Shown piece after piece: positions 16,666 to 26,419 of a stretch of 64,000 nt of DNA. Origin of the DNA: Candidatus Enterousia sp. (lineage in GTDB: Bacteria; Pseudomonadota; Alphaproteobacteria; Rs-D84). The notes beneath the pieces are model-generated. The model did no database searches, had not been told where the DNA came from, and worked only from the letters and a program-made list of their open reading frames with translations. Every line of letters starts with the position of its first letter. The first letter of the stretch is position 1. The position numbers and the translations under genes are program-made. The stretch is taken from positions 2,696-66,695 of the forward strand of contig JAZLAZ010000007.1 in NCBI GenBank assembly GCA_045613445.1, read 5' to 3'.

Positions 16666-18090
16666 ATGCTAATTGATAAGAAAATAAAAGCGATTGCAAT
16701 AACCCGAGTGTCAACAAAAAGTCAATGCGATTCACTGGAAGTTCAGATGCAGGCAATCAACGCATACTGTGAAAATCATCCGGAATTAGAAATTGTTAAT
16801 ATTCACAAGCTAAAGGAATCTGCTTATTGCTTAAAAGCGGGTGATTTGGATGACATTATCGGGAAAACAAAAGATAATTTTGCAATCATCATATCCAAGG
16901 TTGACCGATTAACACGCAACATTAATGATTTTTATGTGTTTGCGAAAATGGTACGGGAACACAATATAACATTTCACATTATCCGAGAAGGTATTGTTTG
17001 GAACAAAGATTCTGGTCGAGATGTTGAAAACACTATTATGGTCCTGATAGCACATGCAGAACGTGAATCAATCCAAATCAGCGAGAGAACAATCGACTGT
17101 CTTAGAATATGCCGGGAAATGGGCAAAGCACCATATCGGGCCCCATTTGGATATATAAATTATACAGAAGGTTCGGAAACGGGAATCAGGTTACATGAAG
17201 CGAACTCAATAATATTAAAAGAATTATTCCAGTTGTATTCAAGCGGGAATTTCTCGTTAGAAATGTTGAGCAAACACGTGCAACGTAAATATGGGATACA
17301 TTTAAGCAAACAACGGATTGATTGCATATTACGCAACAATTTTTATATCGGGTATGCATACTATGAAACAGTTAAATATAAGCACATTTACAAAACAATT
17401 ATTGACGAAGCGGTATTCAACAAATGTCTGGAAATTCTGAACGGTAAACGCACAGTAAGTAAGAAACCAAAAAAACAACTGTTGTCGCCATTGCGTGGTC
17501 TTGTTCGTGATAAAGAAACCAAAGCCCTGTTCACGCCGTATGTTAGTCGCCATAAAACGGTCAATTATCTAAAAACTAAAGTAAGCGGAACAAGAAACCT
17601 AAAAGAAAGTGATATTATCAATGCTCTTTCAAAGGTCCTGAAACAATTAAATGACAGAACAGATGTTGTAGCATTGCTGGATGCACAGATTAATACCGAC
17701 AACATAACTGAACTGGCAAATATTTCAAAATGCATCGCCAATGAAAAAAAAGAAATAAAACGCTTTGAAGAACGGATTCAAAATTTGTTGACCGGCAATG
17801 CCTATGGTGCCACCCCCGATATGATTGCCGCATCAATTGAAAAACTAAACAAACAGCTATCAACCCATCGTGGATTTTTACAACAATATCAAAGCAGAGA
17901 AAAAGAAATCAAGCAAGATACAGTTATAATAACGATGGACATATTACAAAGCTTCAACAATATGGGGATAGAAAGCAAACATAACATGTTGAAAATACTG
18001 TTTAAGAACATAATATATCATAACAATTCCATTACATGCTATTTTCAGGACGGTTTAGGCATAAAGCCAATCAAATGCATTATGGAATAA
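16666..18090 (+). CDS. large serine recombinase (no obvious zinc ribbon)
   Basis: Resolvase catalytic domain IAITRVSTKSQ, VDRLTRN, ERESIQISERT, followed by a recombinase domain and a coiled-coil C-terminus. Confidence 0.8.
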   Translation: MLIDKKIKAIAITRVSTKSQCDSLEVQMQAINAYCENHPELEIVNIHKLKESAYCLKAGDLDDIIGKTKDNFAIIISKVDRLTRNINDFYVFAKMVREHNITFHIIREGIVWNKDSGRDVENTIMVLIAHAERESIQISERTIDCLRICREMGKAPYRAPFGYINYTEGSETGIRLHEANSIILKELFQLYSSGNFSLEMLSKHVQRKYGIHLSKQRIDCILRNNFYIGYAYYETVKYKHIYKTIIDEAVFNKCLEILNGKRTVSKKPKKQLLSPLRGLVRDKETKALFTPYVSRHKTVNYLKTKVSGTRNLKESDIINALSKVLKQLNDRTDVVALLDAQINTDNITELANISKCIANEKKEIKRFEERIQNLLTGNAYGATPDMIAASIEKLNKQLSTHRGFLQQYQSREKEIKQDTVIITMDILQSFNNMGIESKHNMLKILFKNIIYHNNSITCYFQDGLGIKPIKCIME

Positions 18091-18143
18091 TTAAATTGAT
18101 TTAATGTATTAAAGATTTCAAACTTCTCAAAAAGGGGTTTGAA

Positions 18144-19604
18144 ATGCAGGCTGTTTTATTAGCCAGAGTTAGCAGTAAAGAACAAGAGGACGGTCACAGT
18201 TTGGTAGCACAGCTGGACCGTCTTCATGCATATTGTTTACGCAAGAATCTGGATATTATCCAAGAATTTACACTGGTCGAAAGCTCAACGCGTGGGGAAC
18301 GGCCCGAATTTCAAAAAATGATTGCGTACATCAAGAAACAATCCGGCAAGGTGGCACTGGTCTGTGATAAGGTAGACAGGTTGCAGCGTTCTTTTCGGGA
18401 AGTGCCGATTTTGGAACAACTGCGTAAATCAAATAAGTTGGTACTGCACTTTGTAAGCGAAAATCAGATATTGGATTCTGGGGCAAACAACTCGCAAATA
18501 ATGGCCTATCAGATTTTTGTTATGATGGCAGAAAATTACACAAACTGCATCAGTGATAATGTAAAAAGGTCTTTTGAAAAGAAAATACGTGAAGGCACGA
18601 TATTGACCTGTGCCCCGATTGGATACTTGAATACAACAATTAATGGTGCACGTACAGCCATTATTGACCCAGAACGTGGGCACAAGGTTCGGATGTTATT
18701 TGAAAAATACGCCACAGGCAACATATCCATACGTCAACTGGCCGATTATGCAACAGAAATCGGGCTAAAAACCAGAAGAAATAAGCCAATCAGCCCCAGT
18801 CAAATGCATCTGATTTTATGTAATCCTTTCTATTATGGAGAAATGAAAATCAAAGGCAAACTGTACCCGCATTGCCATGACAGACTTATAACCAAAGAAA
18901 TTTTTGACCTGTGCGATAAAATAAGGTCCGGCAAGTATAACAATGTGTCACGCAGGAAGAAAAAGGACATGTTATTGTCGGGCTTTGTTCATTGTGTGCA
19001 CTGTGGCAAATCATACAGTCCATATCTGGCCAAAGGGCGTTATGTATTCCTGAAACCACCTAAAAGTGATACGTGCCGGCATTATCACGTGTCCGCTGCA
19101 CCATTCATGAAGCAGATTAATGAAATACTGTCTGCATTGCACTTTGGACCATCATGTTCGGGGCAAATGATAAAAGGTCTACAAGAAAAACAGACCAAGG
19201 CGATATTGGAAAAAGACAGATATATTGCAACGCAGAATGAAACCCTAAGTAAGCTAGCCATAAAGAAAAGTCGTTTGACGGAACTATATCTGGACCAAGG
19301 AATAAGTCGTGATGAATACGATACAATCATCAACGATATCAGCAAACAGCAACAAGAAATTCGTGACCAAATGGTTAGAACGGATGACCGGATTGGTGCA
19401 TTCTATGCCAACTTGATAAAATGTGCAAAAATCGCAGAAATCAGCCATTTCTTATTCAAAAGTTCGAACTTTTGCCTAAAACGACTAATTTTGAAATTGA
19501 TAAGTTCGAACCTTTTTCTGAACAATAAAAACGCAGTTATTTCAATAAGATACCCCTTCGTAGACATGGTCCAGAAGGGGTGTCGTCAAATATGGGGCGG
19601 ATAA
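18144..19604 (+). CDS. large serine recombinase with zinc ribbon; stop codon lies inside tRNA-His
   Basis: LLARVSSKEQ, VDRLQRS, recombinase domain, CVHCGK...C.H ribbon, coiled coil. The last 12 nt overlap the tRNA-His 3' end. Confidence 0.8.
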   Translation: MQAVLLARVSSKEQEDGHSLVAQLDRLHAYCLRKNLDIIQEFTLVESSTRGERPEFQKMIAYIKKQSGKVALVCDKVDRLQRSFREVPILEQLRKSNKLVLHFVSENQILDSGANNSQIMAYQIFVMMAENYTNCISDNVKRSFEKKIREGTILTCAPIGYLNTTINGARTAIIDPERGHKVRMLFEKYATGNISIRQLADYATEIGLKTRRNKPISPSQMHLILCNPFYYGEMKIKGKLYPHCHDRLITKEIFDLCDKIRSGKYNNVSRRKKKDMLLSGFVHCVHCGKSYSPYLAKGRYVFLKPPKSDTCRHYHVSAAPFMKQINEILSALHFGPSCSGQMIKGLQEKQTKAILEKDRYIATQNETLSKLAIKKSRLTELYLDQGISRDEYDTIINDISKQQQEIRDQMVRTDDRIGAFYANLIKCAKIAEISHFLFKSSNFCLKRLILKLISSNLFLNNKNAVISIRYPFVDMVQKGCRQIWGG

Positions 19605-19670
19605 CCGGACTCGAACCGGCGACATTTGGTACCACAAACCAACGCTCTAACCAACTGAGCTATATCCGCC
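19593..19670 (-). tRNA. tRNA-His (GUG), with encoded G-1 and CCA
   Basis: Hand-folded cloverleaf: G-1, acceptor GCGGATA/TATCCGC, anticodon loop TTGTGGT, T-loop TTCGAGT, C73, CCA. Confidence 0.85.
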
Positions 19671-19718
19671 ATACTGTGGGTCTTACGACCATCAAAACTG
19701 CACAACCGAAATTTATTA

Positions 19719-19794
19719 TGGTGGAGCTGATCGGACTCGAACCGACGACCCCTTGCATGCCATGCAAGTGCTCTACCAACTGAGCTACAACCCC
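19719..19794 (-). tRNA. tRNA-Ala (GGC)
   Basis: Hand-folded cloverleaf: acceptor GGGGTTG/CAGCTCC with G3:U70, anticodon loop ATGGCAT, T-loop TTCGAGT, ACCA. Confidence 0.85.
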
Positions 19795-19876
19795 GGTGTG
19801 CTGACATATTTTATATTTCTTCTTGCCAAATGTCAAATATATTTGCTAATCTTTTTATATATTTAAGGAGATATAA

Positions 19877-20437
19877 ATGGATTATCAATTATTAAAATCA
19901 GAAGTTGAACAAAAAACCGCACAAACACTGGAAGTTTTAAAGACTGAATATGCCGGTCTGCGTACTGGTCGTGCATCTGTTCATTTGTTGGATGCTGTTC
20001 GTGTTCCAGTTTATGGTTCTGAAATGCCAATCAATCAGGTCGCAACCGTATCAACACCTGATAATCAGACTTTGTCTGTTACTGTTTGGGATATTACGAA
20101 TGCACCAGCTGTTGAAAAAGCAATTCGTGATTCTGGTTTGGGGTTAAATCCAATGACTGCAGGCGGTGTTATTCGTCTGAACATGCCGCCATTGACCGAA
20201 GAAAGACGTCGTGAACTGACCAAGGTCGCTGGTAAATATGCAGAAGAAGCAAAAATTTCAATGCGTAATATTCGTCAAGATGCAATGAGCAAGATTAAAC
20301 GCGCAGTTACAGATAAAGAAATTTCCGAAGATGATCAACGCAAATTTGAAGATGATTTGCAAAAAGTATTTGATAAACGCAGCACAGAAGTAGATGCTAT
20401 GGCAAAAGAAAAAGAAGCCGACATTATGTCCGTTTAA
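19877..20437 (+). CDS. frr: ribosome recycling factor
   Basis: Full-length RRF-like sequence (LRTGRASVHLLD, LNPMTAGGVIRLNMPPLTEERR). Confidence 0.95.
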   Translation: MDYQLLKSEVEQKTAQTLEVLKTEYAGLRTGRASVHLLDAVRVPVYGSEMPINQVATVSTPDNQTLSVTVWDITNAPAVEKAIRDSGLGLNPMTAGGVIRLNMPPLTEERRRELTKVAGKYAEEAKISMRNIRQDAMSKIKRAVTDKEISEDDQRKFEDDLQKVFDKRSTEVDAMAKEKEADIMSV

Positions 20438-20458
20438 TCAAAAACCAGGAAAATATAC

Positions 20459-21214
20459 ATGTTCAAACTGTTCAAAAAAAAGCAAAATATAACAACAACT
20501 GATAAAATTCCTCAACACATCGCATTTATATGTGATGGGAATCGCAGATGGGCCGAACAACGCGGTATGCCACCATTGATGGGACATCAGGCTGGTATTG
20601 CAAACTTTGAAAATCTGGTTGACTGGTATATGAAACGCGGCGTTTCAACCATTACTTTTTATATCTTTTCAACCGAAAACTGGTCGCGTTCCAAAGACGA
20701 AGTGAATTTCTTGATGGATTTATTCTATACAGAAATGAAAAAAAATCTGAAAAATGCGTTGGACAAAAATCTGCGTTACCGTGTTATTGGTTCGCGTGAT
20801 AAATTGCCAAAAAAATTGGCAACTATGTGCGACAAATTGGAAGAACAATCCGCAGAAAACACTGGTGGAACTGTTGTTTTTGCATTGAACTATGGTGGTC
20901 AAGACGAAATTGTAAACGCTGTAAATGTGGCAATAGAAAATGGCGAAGCCGTTACACGCGAAACATTCGAAACATATCTGGACACAGGCGACTTGTTGCC
21001 AATCGATTTGATGGTGCGCACCAGCAATGAACATCGTATTTCAAATTTCTTGTTGTGGAAACTGGCATATGCTGAACTGTTATTTATTCCAGAACACTGG
21101 CCGGAACTGGTAAAAAGTGAGAAATTGTGGCAATTTACACTGGACGAATTTGCAAAACGCAATCGCAGATTTGGTGGCGGGAAAAAGGCAAACTATACTG
21201 GAAAAAAGAAATAA
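20459..21214 (+). CDS. uppS: undecaprenyl-diphosphate synthase
   Basis: HIAFICDGNRRWA, TFYIFSTENW and RTSNEHRISNFLLW motifs. Confidence 0.93.
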   Translation: MFKLFKKKQNITTTDKIPQHIAFICDGNRRWAEQRGMPPLMGHQAGIANFENLVDWYMKRGVSTITFYIFSTENWSRSKDEVNFLMDLFYTEMKKNLKNALDKNLRYRVIGSRDKLPKKLATMCDKLEEQSAENTGGTVVFALNYGGQDEIVNAVNVAIENGEAVTRETFETYLDTGDLLPIDLMVRTSNEHRISNFLLWKLAYAELLFIPEHWPELVKSEKLWQFTLDEFAKRNRRFGGGKKANYTGKKK

Positions 21215-21240
21215 TCAACAAAAAAGGAAGGAAATAGATT

Positions 21241-21885
21241 ATGTCAAATACAAAACTTCGTATCATCGCTGGGGTAATTATGGCACTGATTGCATGTGGT
21301 GTGGGGGTGTTACAATATTTTGGAACACCTGCAGTAAAGTATCTTGGGATTATTATCGTATTGGCAATGATTGTTGAATATGTTATGTGTATTCGTCGCA
21401 CAGATACAAAAGTATTGCGTGAAAACTGTCTGACCTTTTTTGCGTTCTTGGTATTGTTGTGCACGATGTTGCCTGCAATCAATTCGGTTGGTGGTCGCCC
21501 ATGGATTATATTGTTGTTGCTGATGATTATTTGTGCAGCAGATATTGGTGCATGGTTCTTTGGTCGATTGATTGGTGGGGACAAAATGTGGGAAAGATTG
21601 TCTGCTGGCAAAACATGGTCTGGTCAAATTGCTGGTATTCTGTGCGGAACTTTTGCTGGGGTTCTGTATGGTCTGCTGGGTGCTGATGTATTCATGCCGC
21701 AATTGATGTGGATTGGTATCAGTGTTGCACTGATGTCACAGTACGGGGATCTGACCGCCAGTTATATCAAACGCAAAATGGGAATCAAAGATTTCGGAAC
21801 AATTCTGCCAGGCCATGGTGGTATATTGGATCGATTTGACGGTTGGATTTATGCATTACCAATTGTTTGGTTGGTTATGTTGTAA
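21241..21885 (+). CDS. cdsA: phosphatidate cytidylyltransferase
   Basis: Polytopic membrane protein with the GDLTASYIKRKMGIKDFGTILPGHGGILDRFD signature. Confidence 0.9.
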   Translation: MSNTKLRIIAGVIMALIACGVGVLQYFGTPAVKYLGIIIVLAMIVEYVMCIRRTDTKVLRENCLTFFAFLVLLCTMLPAINSVGGRPWIILLLLMIICAADIGAWFFGRLIGGDKMWERLSAGKTWSGQIAGILCGTFAGVLYGLLGADVFMPQLMWIGISVALMSQYGDLTASYIKRKMGIKDFGTILPGHGGILDRFDGWIYALPIVWLVML

Positions 21886-21915
21886 TTTTATTAGCAAAGT
21901 AAAGGAAATGTACAC

Positions 21916-22980
21916 ATGAATATTTTATTGGCTGTTGTTGCATTATTAGTCGTTCTGGGGATTGTTGTATTTGTTCATGAACTGGGGCATTTTTTAGCTG
22001 CACGGTGGGCCGGTGTTCGTGTAGATACTTTTTCAATCGGATTTGGACCTGCGATTATTAAATGGCATGACAAACGGGGAACAATATGGAAAATAGCATG
22101 CCTGCCATTGGGTGGTTATGTTTCTATATACGGCCAAGAAGATATGTTCAATCGCAAGAAATTTGCAGAACTTCCTGCAGATAAAAAACAAGGACACTAT
22201 CTGTCTGTACCTGCGTGGAAACAGTTTATTATAATCGGTGCTGGGGTATTTATGAACTTTATTCTGGCATGGGTTATATATACTTCATTATTTATGTTTC
22301 AGCCACGTCTGGTTGCTAATTCACAGTTACCTGTTATCGGCCAGGTAATACAAGAATCTGTTGCATTTAATGCGGGTGTTCGTGCAGGTGATACAATCAT
22401 CAGGATTGATGATGAACCAATATCAAACTGGGGTGATTTAATTCTGGCCAAAGAATTAGCATCTGGACGAGATGCAAATGTTGTGATTGTTCGTGGTGAA
22501 AAATTAGTAAACATTCAATTATCGCCATCAGAAACATGGGGTATGATTGCCGACGGCAGCAGACGCGCAGACCCACAACGCCAAGGGCTGTTTCGCGCAA
22601 TGTACAGCGGTGCACGCAAAACATATTATGAATCAAAAACTTTACTGGTTGTATTAAAGCAAATAGTTACTGGTGAACGTTCATCAAAACAACTGGGGTC
22701 TTTTATCACAATTGCACAATATTCAGGTGCAGCGATGGCAGCAGGATTCTTTACCCTGCTTAGTTTGATTGCATTGCTGTCTGTAAATCTTGGTGTATTG
22801 AATTTGTTGCCATTACCTGTATTGGATGGTGGCTATTTACTGATTTTGGCAATCGAAGGTATTACACGACGCAAATTACAAGGACGCGGTATGGAAATCG
22901 CTATTATGATCGGCTGGCTATTGATACTGGGGTTATTTGTTCTGACAATGTGGAACGACTTGGCGCGTGTATTCGGGTAA
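21916..22980 (+). CDS. rseP: RIP zinc metalloprotease RseP
   Basis: HELGHFLAAR, PDZ region, C-terminal LNLLPLPVLDGG motif. Confidence 0.92.
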   Translation: MNILLAVVALLVVLGIVVFVHELGHFLAARWAGVRVDTFSIGFGPAIIKWHDKRGTIWKIACLPLGGYVSIYGQEDMFNRKKFAELPADKKQGHYLSVPAWKQFIIIGAGVFMNFILAWVIYTSLFMFQPRLVANSQLPVIGQVIQESVAFNAGVRAGDTIIRIDDEPISNWGDLILAKELASGRDANVVIVRGEKLVNIQLSPSETWGMIADGSRRADPQRQGLFRAMYSGARKTYYESKTLLVVLKQIVTGERSSKQLGSFITIAQYSGAAMAAGFFTLLSLIALLSVNLGVLNLLPLPVLDGGYLLILAIEGITRRKLQGRGMEIAIMIGWLLILGLFVLTMWNDLARVFG

Positions 22981-22996
22981 CACAAAGGAATAATTT

Positions 22997-23218
22997 ATGA
23001 TTGTTATGAATGCTATTGCTGGCGAAACAGTTATACAAGCATTGACAAAAGCATATAGTGTCGTATTGCACGAACGCAAAAATGTTTTGTTAGAAATCAA
23101 CGATATAATGATGCTGATTGATAAAAAATCTAGTCTAAGTGGTCTGTTGAATAAATATAGAACAAAATTACAATTTAAGCATGAAATCGAACAATTAAAA
23201 CGGGTAAAACAAAAATGA
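22997..23218 (+). CDS. hypothetical small protein (73 aa)
   Basis: ORF between rseP and bamA with a 4-nt ATGA overlap onto bamA. No homology recognised. Confidence 0.4.
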   Translation: MIVMNAIAGETVIQALTKAYSVVLHERKNVLLEINDIMMLIDKKSSLSGLLNKYRTKLQFKHEIEQLKRVKQK

Positions 23219-25494
23219 AAAAAATTTCTATATTTACAATTTTATCTGTGTTTGTAGGTACACCTGCTGTGGCAGCAACTGTTTCACGCATTGATGTTGT
23301 GGGTAATCAGCGTATGGATACAGAATCAATTCGCATATTAGCAGATGTTAAAGTCGGCGATAATGTTGGTGATGCACGCAGTAATGAAATCGCAAAAAAA
23401 CTGGAACAAAGCGGTTACTTTTCTCGTATCAGTGTAAATATGAAGGGTAATACGTTAAAAATAAGTGTCACAGAATCACCAACCGTAAATATGATTACAG
23501 TCGAAGGCAATGATGAAATTTCTACAGACGATTTGAAAAAAGAAATTAAAACCAAAAAACGCACTTCTTATGACGAAACCGTTATTGGTTCTGATGTGCA
23601 ACGAATGCTGACGCTGTATCAACGCAAAGGATTCTTTGGCACAAAAATCGAACCACAACGAATTGATTTATCTGATAACCGTGTAAATGTTGTATACGAA
23701 ATTACTGAAGGTCATCCAACATGGATTTCTGACATCAAATTCGAAGGCAATAAAAAATTCAGCGACAGTACATTGCGTGGCGAAATATTATCTCGCGAGC
23801 ATGCATGGTGGCGTTTTATGACACAATTCGATACATTTGATGAAGATAGAATTCAATATGATGGTCAAATGTTGCGTCAATTCTATTTGCAAAATGGGTA
23901 TGCTGATTTCAATGTAAAAAATATAAATGGTAAGTTTACACCTAATCGTGAATATTACTCTGTTGTTTTTACCGTTGACGAAGGCGAAAAGTATGACTTT
24001 GGGGAACTAACTGTTGAAAACCCTTTTGATGATGTCCCCACAGATGTTTTAACAGATGTTATCGCAATGAAGTCTGGTGATACATATAATATCGATTTAG
24101 TTGAACAGACAATGTCTGAACTGCGCAGTGCAGTTGCAGAATACGGATATGCGTTTATCAATATCGAACCAATCCCAACAAAAAATGACGACGATAAAAC
24201 GATTGATATGAATTTTAAAATCCAAAAAACAAATCGTATTTATCTGAATACAATAAATATATTGGGTAATGTTCGTACATTTGATACAGTTATTGAACAG
24301 CTGATTCCGATGCGTTCAGGCGATCCTTTTTCATTACAGACAATCGAAGAAGGTCGTCAAAAACTGATGCGCACCAGATATTTCAAAGATGTGCAAATGG
24401 TTCCAACACGCGTTGCAGAATCAAATATGATGAATCTGGATATCAAGGTCGAAGAACAACCGACCGGTGAATTATCTGGCGGTTTTGGTTGGTCAAATAT
24501 CAACGGATTTATGGTTGATGCGGGTATCACAGAAAACAACTTTATGGGACGCGGTCAAGTTGTACAGATTCGCGGCTCTATTGCTGAATACCAAAAGCAA
24601 GCATTGTTCAGCTTTACAGAACCATATCTGTTTGGCCGTCAGTTGTCTGGTGGATTTGATGTGTCATATACAATGTACGATTATTCATCATTGGGCAGTT
24701 TTGGTTACGACCGCGATTCTTTCAGCGTATCTGGACGCATGGGTTGGCGTTTGACAGATCATTGGACACAAAATGTTCGCCTGTCTGCGTCATTTGACCA
24801 GAACTATGATTTACAGGCAACGGGTGGTTGGCAAAATGCAAACCTGTATACATTGTCGACTAATTTCAGATATCATAATTTGGATACTAATTTTGAACAG
24901 AATACACATACCGGCATTGTGGCAAATCTGGGGTTGGCATATACTGGGTTTGGTGGCACAGAAAGCTATATGCGATACAACGGAGATATTATTGGTATGG
25001 TAAATTTCTGGAACGATAAATGGCAATTGCGTTCATCCTTGAACTTTGGTTATTTGCAACCGCTGGATGGTGATTATATATCTCGTGTTTATCGCTACTT
25101 CTTGGGTGGGGAAAGCCTGCGCGGATTTGATGTTGCGGGTGTTGGTTCACGCAACTGGGCATTTACAACATATGCACTGGGGGGCTTATGGAAAGTCAAT
25201 GGGTCAACACAGTTGAATTTCCCGATCTTTATCCCTGATGAATATCAGATAAAAGGTTTTGTATTCGCGGACTATGGCGTATTGGGCAAACCGCCTGCAT
25301 CCGAAAATACATTTACATATTATGGTATCACACGCGAAAACTATATCGATGATACAATCAGAACATCTGTGGGTGTGGGTATTTACTGGAATACACCAAT
25401 GGGGCCAATGAACTTTTCATGGGGCTGGCCATTAAAGATGACAGATTATGACCGCGAACAAAGATTTTTACTGTCGTTTGAAACACAGTTTTAG
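23215..25494 (+). CDS. bamA: outer membrane protein assembly factor BamA
   Basis: Signal peptide, POTRA repeats, C-terminal barrel ending ..LLSFETQF. Canonical position after rseP. Confidence 0.93.
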   Translation: MKKISIFTILSVFVGTPAVAATVSRIDVVGNQRMDTESIRILADVKVGDNVGDARSNEIAKKLEQSGYFSRISVNMKGNTLKISVTESPTVNMITVEGNDEISTDDLKKEIKTKKRTSYDETVIGSDVQRMLTLYQRKGFFGTKIEPQRIDLSDNRVNVVYEITEGHPTWISDIKFEGNKKFSDSTLRGEILSREHAWWRFMTQFDTFDEDRIQYDGQMLRQFYLQNGYADFNVKNINGKFTPNREYYSVVFTVDEGEKYDFGELTVENPFDDVPTDVLTDVIAMKSGDTYNIDLVEQTMSELRSAVAEYGYAFINIEPIPTKNDDDKTIDMNFKIQKTNRIYLNTINILGNVRTFDTVIEQLIPMRSGDPFSLQTIEEGRQKLMRTRYFKDVQMVPTRVAESNMMNLDIKVEEQPTGELSGGFGWSNINGFMVDAGITENNFMGRGQVVQIRGSIAEYQKQALFSFTEPYLFGRQLSGGFDVSYTMYDYSSLGSFGYDRDSFSVSGRMGWRLTDHWTQNVRLSASFDQNYDLQATGGWQNANLYTLSTNFRYHNLDTNFEQNTHTGIVANLGLAYTGFGGTESYMRYNGDIIGMVNFWNDKWQLRSSLNFGYLQPLDGDYISRVYRYFLGGESLRGFDVAGVGSRNWAFTTYALGGLWKVNGSTQLNFPIFIPDEYQIKGFVFADYGVLGKPPASENTFTYYGITRENYIDDTIRTSVGVGIYWNTPMGPMNFSWGWPLKMTDYDREQRFLLSFETQF

Positions 25495-25549
25495 TCTTGA
25501 CGGTTGATATAGATTTTTCTTATAATCAGAGAAAGGTAAGGAGTGGCAA

Positions 25550-25696
25550 ATGAAAAAATTTATATTGGGATTCTTTGTTGCACTGTGTTTGGCCGGTTGT
25601 GGTCAGGTTTATGATCGTGAACCAGTTGGTGTTGGTTATGATAATAACGAACTAAAACTTAGTCCATGTGCATGTATTATGGTATATCAGGCATAA
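25550..25696 (+). CDS. 48-aa lipoprotein, VirB7-like by size and position (not in ORF track)
   Basis: RBS AAGGAG. MKKFILGFFVALCLAGCGQ.. has lipobox LAGC. Lies immediately upstream of the VirB8-like ORF. Confidence 0.5.
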   Translation: MKKFILGFFVALCLAGCGQVYDREPVGVGYDNNELKLSPCACIMVYQA

Positions 25697-25720
25697 ATCT
25701 GATATATATGGGGGGATTTT

Positions 25721-26419
25721 TTGAAGTATCCAGACGAATTTGATACACCGACTTTTCCAGCGGGCAAACAGATTGCTGTTACCCGTGTTATGTCTGTTGC
25801 AGTAATGTCTGTATTTCTGATGATTCTGTTTGCATGTGGATTATTATTATGGGCGCAAAAATCTATGCATGTGCATCCGTTCTTGGTATCAATAAATGAA
25901 ATCACTGGGCAATGGGAAATCGTTGGACACCAACATACAGATATCAAAGAAATGTCGACGGTACAGACATTGCAAGAATCTGTCATTGGCAAATTCTTGG
26001 AATATCGTTTCTTTGTCACCGAAGATGAAAACTTTAATGCAAATATCTGGCAAACATGTGATAGAAAGGTTGATTGTAATCCATCGGCAAAAACTGGTCT
26101 GGGTTCTGAAACATGCGTGCTGTATTGTCTAACCAGCGATGACGAGCATACAAATTTTGTGACAAATACGATTCCACAATATCAAACAATTGTTCAAAAT
26201 GGTGAAATGTGGGAATTGGATGCAAAATCTGTTGAAATGACACCTATCAGCCAGATAGTAACTAAGGGCGGTATATGGCAAATCCGCGCAACAATAAATT
26301 CCAGCTTATTTGGTCCGATGAAAATACTGGCATATGTCAATGTGTTACACAATACAAATTTATATCCACAGACACTGGGGTATTACGTATCTGAATTTAA
26401 CGCGTACAAGATAGACTGA
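25721..26419 (+). CDS. VirB8/TrbF-like bitopic membrane protein
   Basis: TTG start. Short cytoplasmic N-terminus plus one TM. HPFLVSINEITGQWEIVG resembles VirB8 EPYVVRVDRNTGETDIV, and C-terminal QTLGYYVSEFNAY resembles NPLGFQVSEYRA. Confidence 0.5.
   Translation: MKYPDEFDTPTFPAGKQIAVTRVMSVAVMSVFLMILFACGLLLWAQKSMHVHPFLVSINEITGQWEIVGHQHTDIKEMSTVQTLQESVIGKFLEYRFFVTEDENFNANIWQTCDRKVDCNPSAKTGLGSETCVLYCLTSDDEHTNFVTNTIPQYQTIVQNGEMWELDAKSVEMTPISQIVTKGGIWQIRATINSSLFGPMKILAYVNVLHNTNLYPQTLGYYVSEFNAYKID

Larger units (their letters stand above)
7280..19604. mobile_element. composite AT-rich genomic island adjacent to tRNA-His (left boundary uncertain)
   Basis: Visibly lower G+C than flanks. Carries an R-M pair, a tyrosine recombinase, Xis-like HTH, HUH Rep-like protein and two large serine recombinases. 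The right end runs into the tRNA-His 3' end. Confidence 0.55.

Noticed and set aside
19580-19807. ORFs of 67 aa (+) and 73 aa (-) in the track.
   Set aside because: They lie entirely over tRNA-His and tRNA-Ala, so the open frames are an artefact of the GC-rich tRNA sequence.
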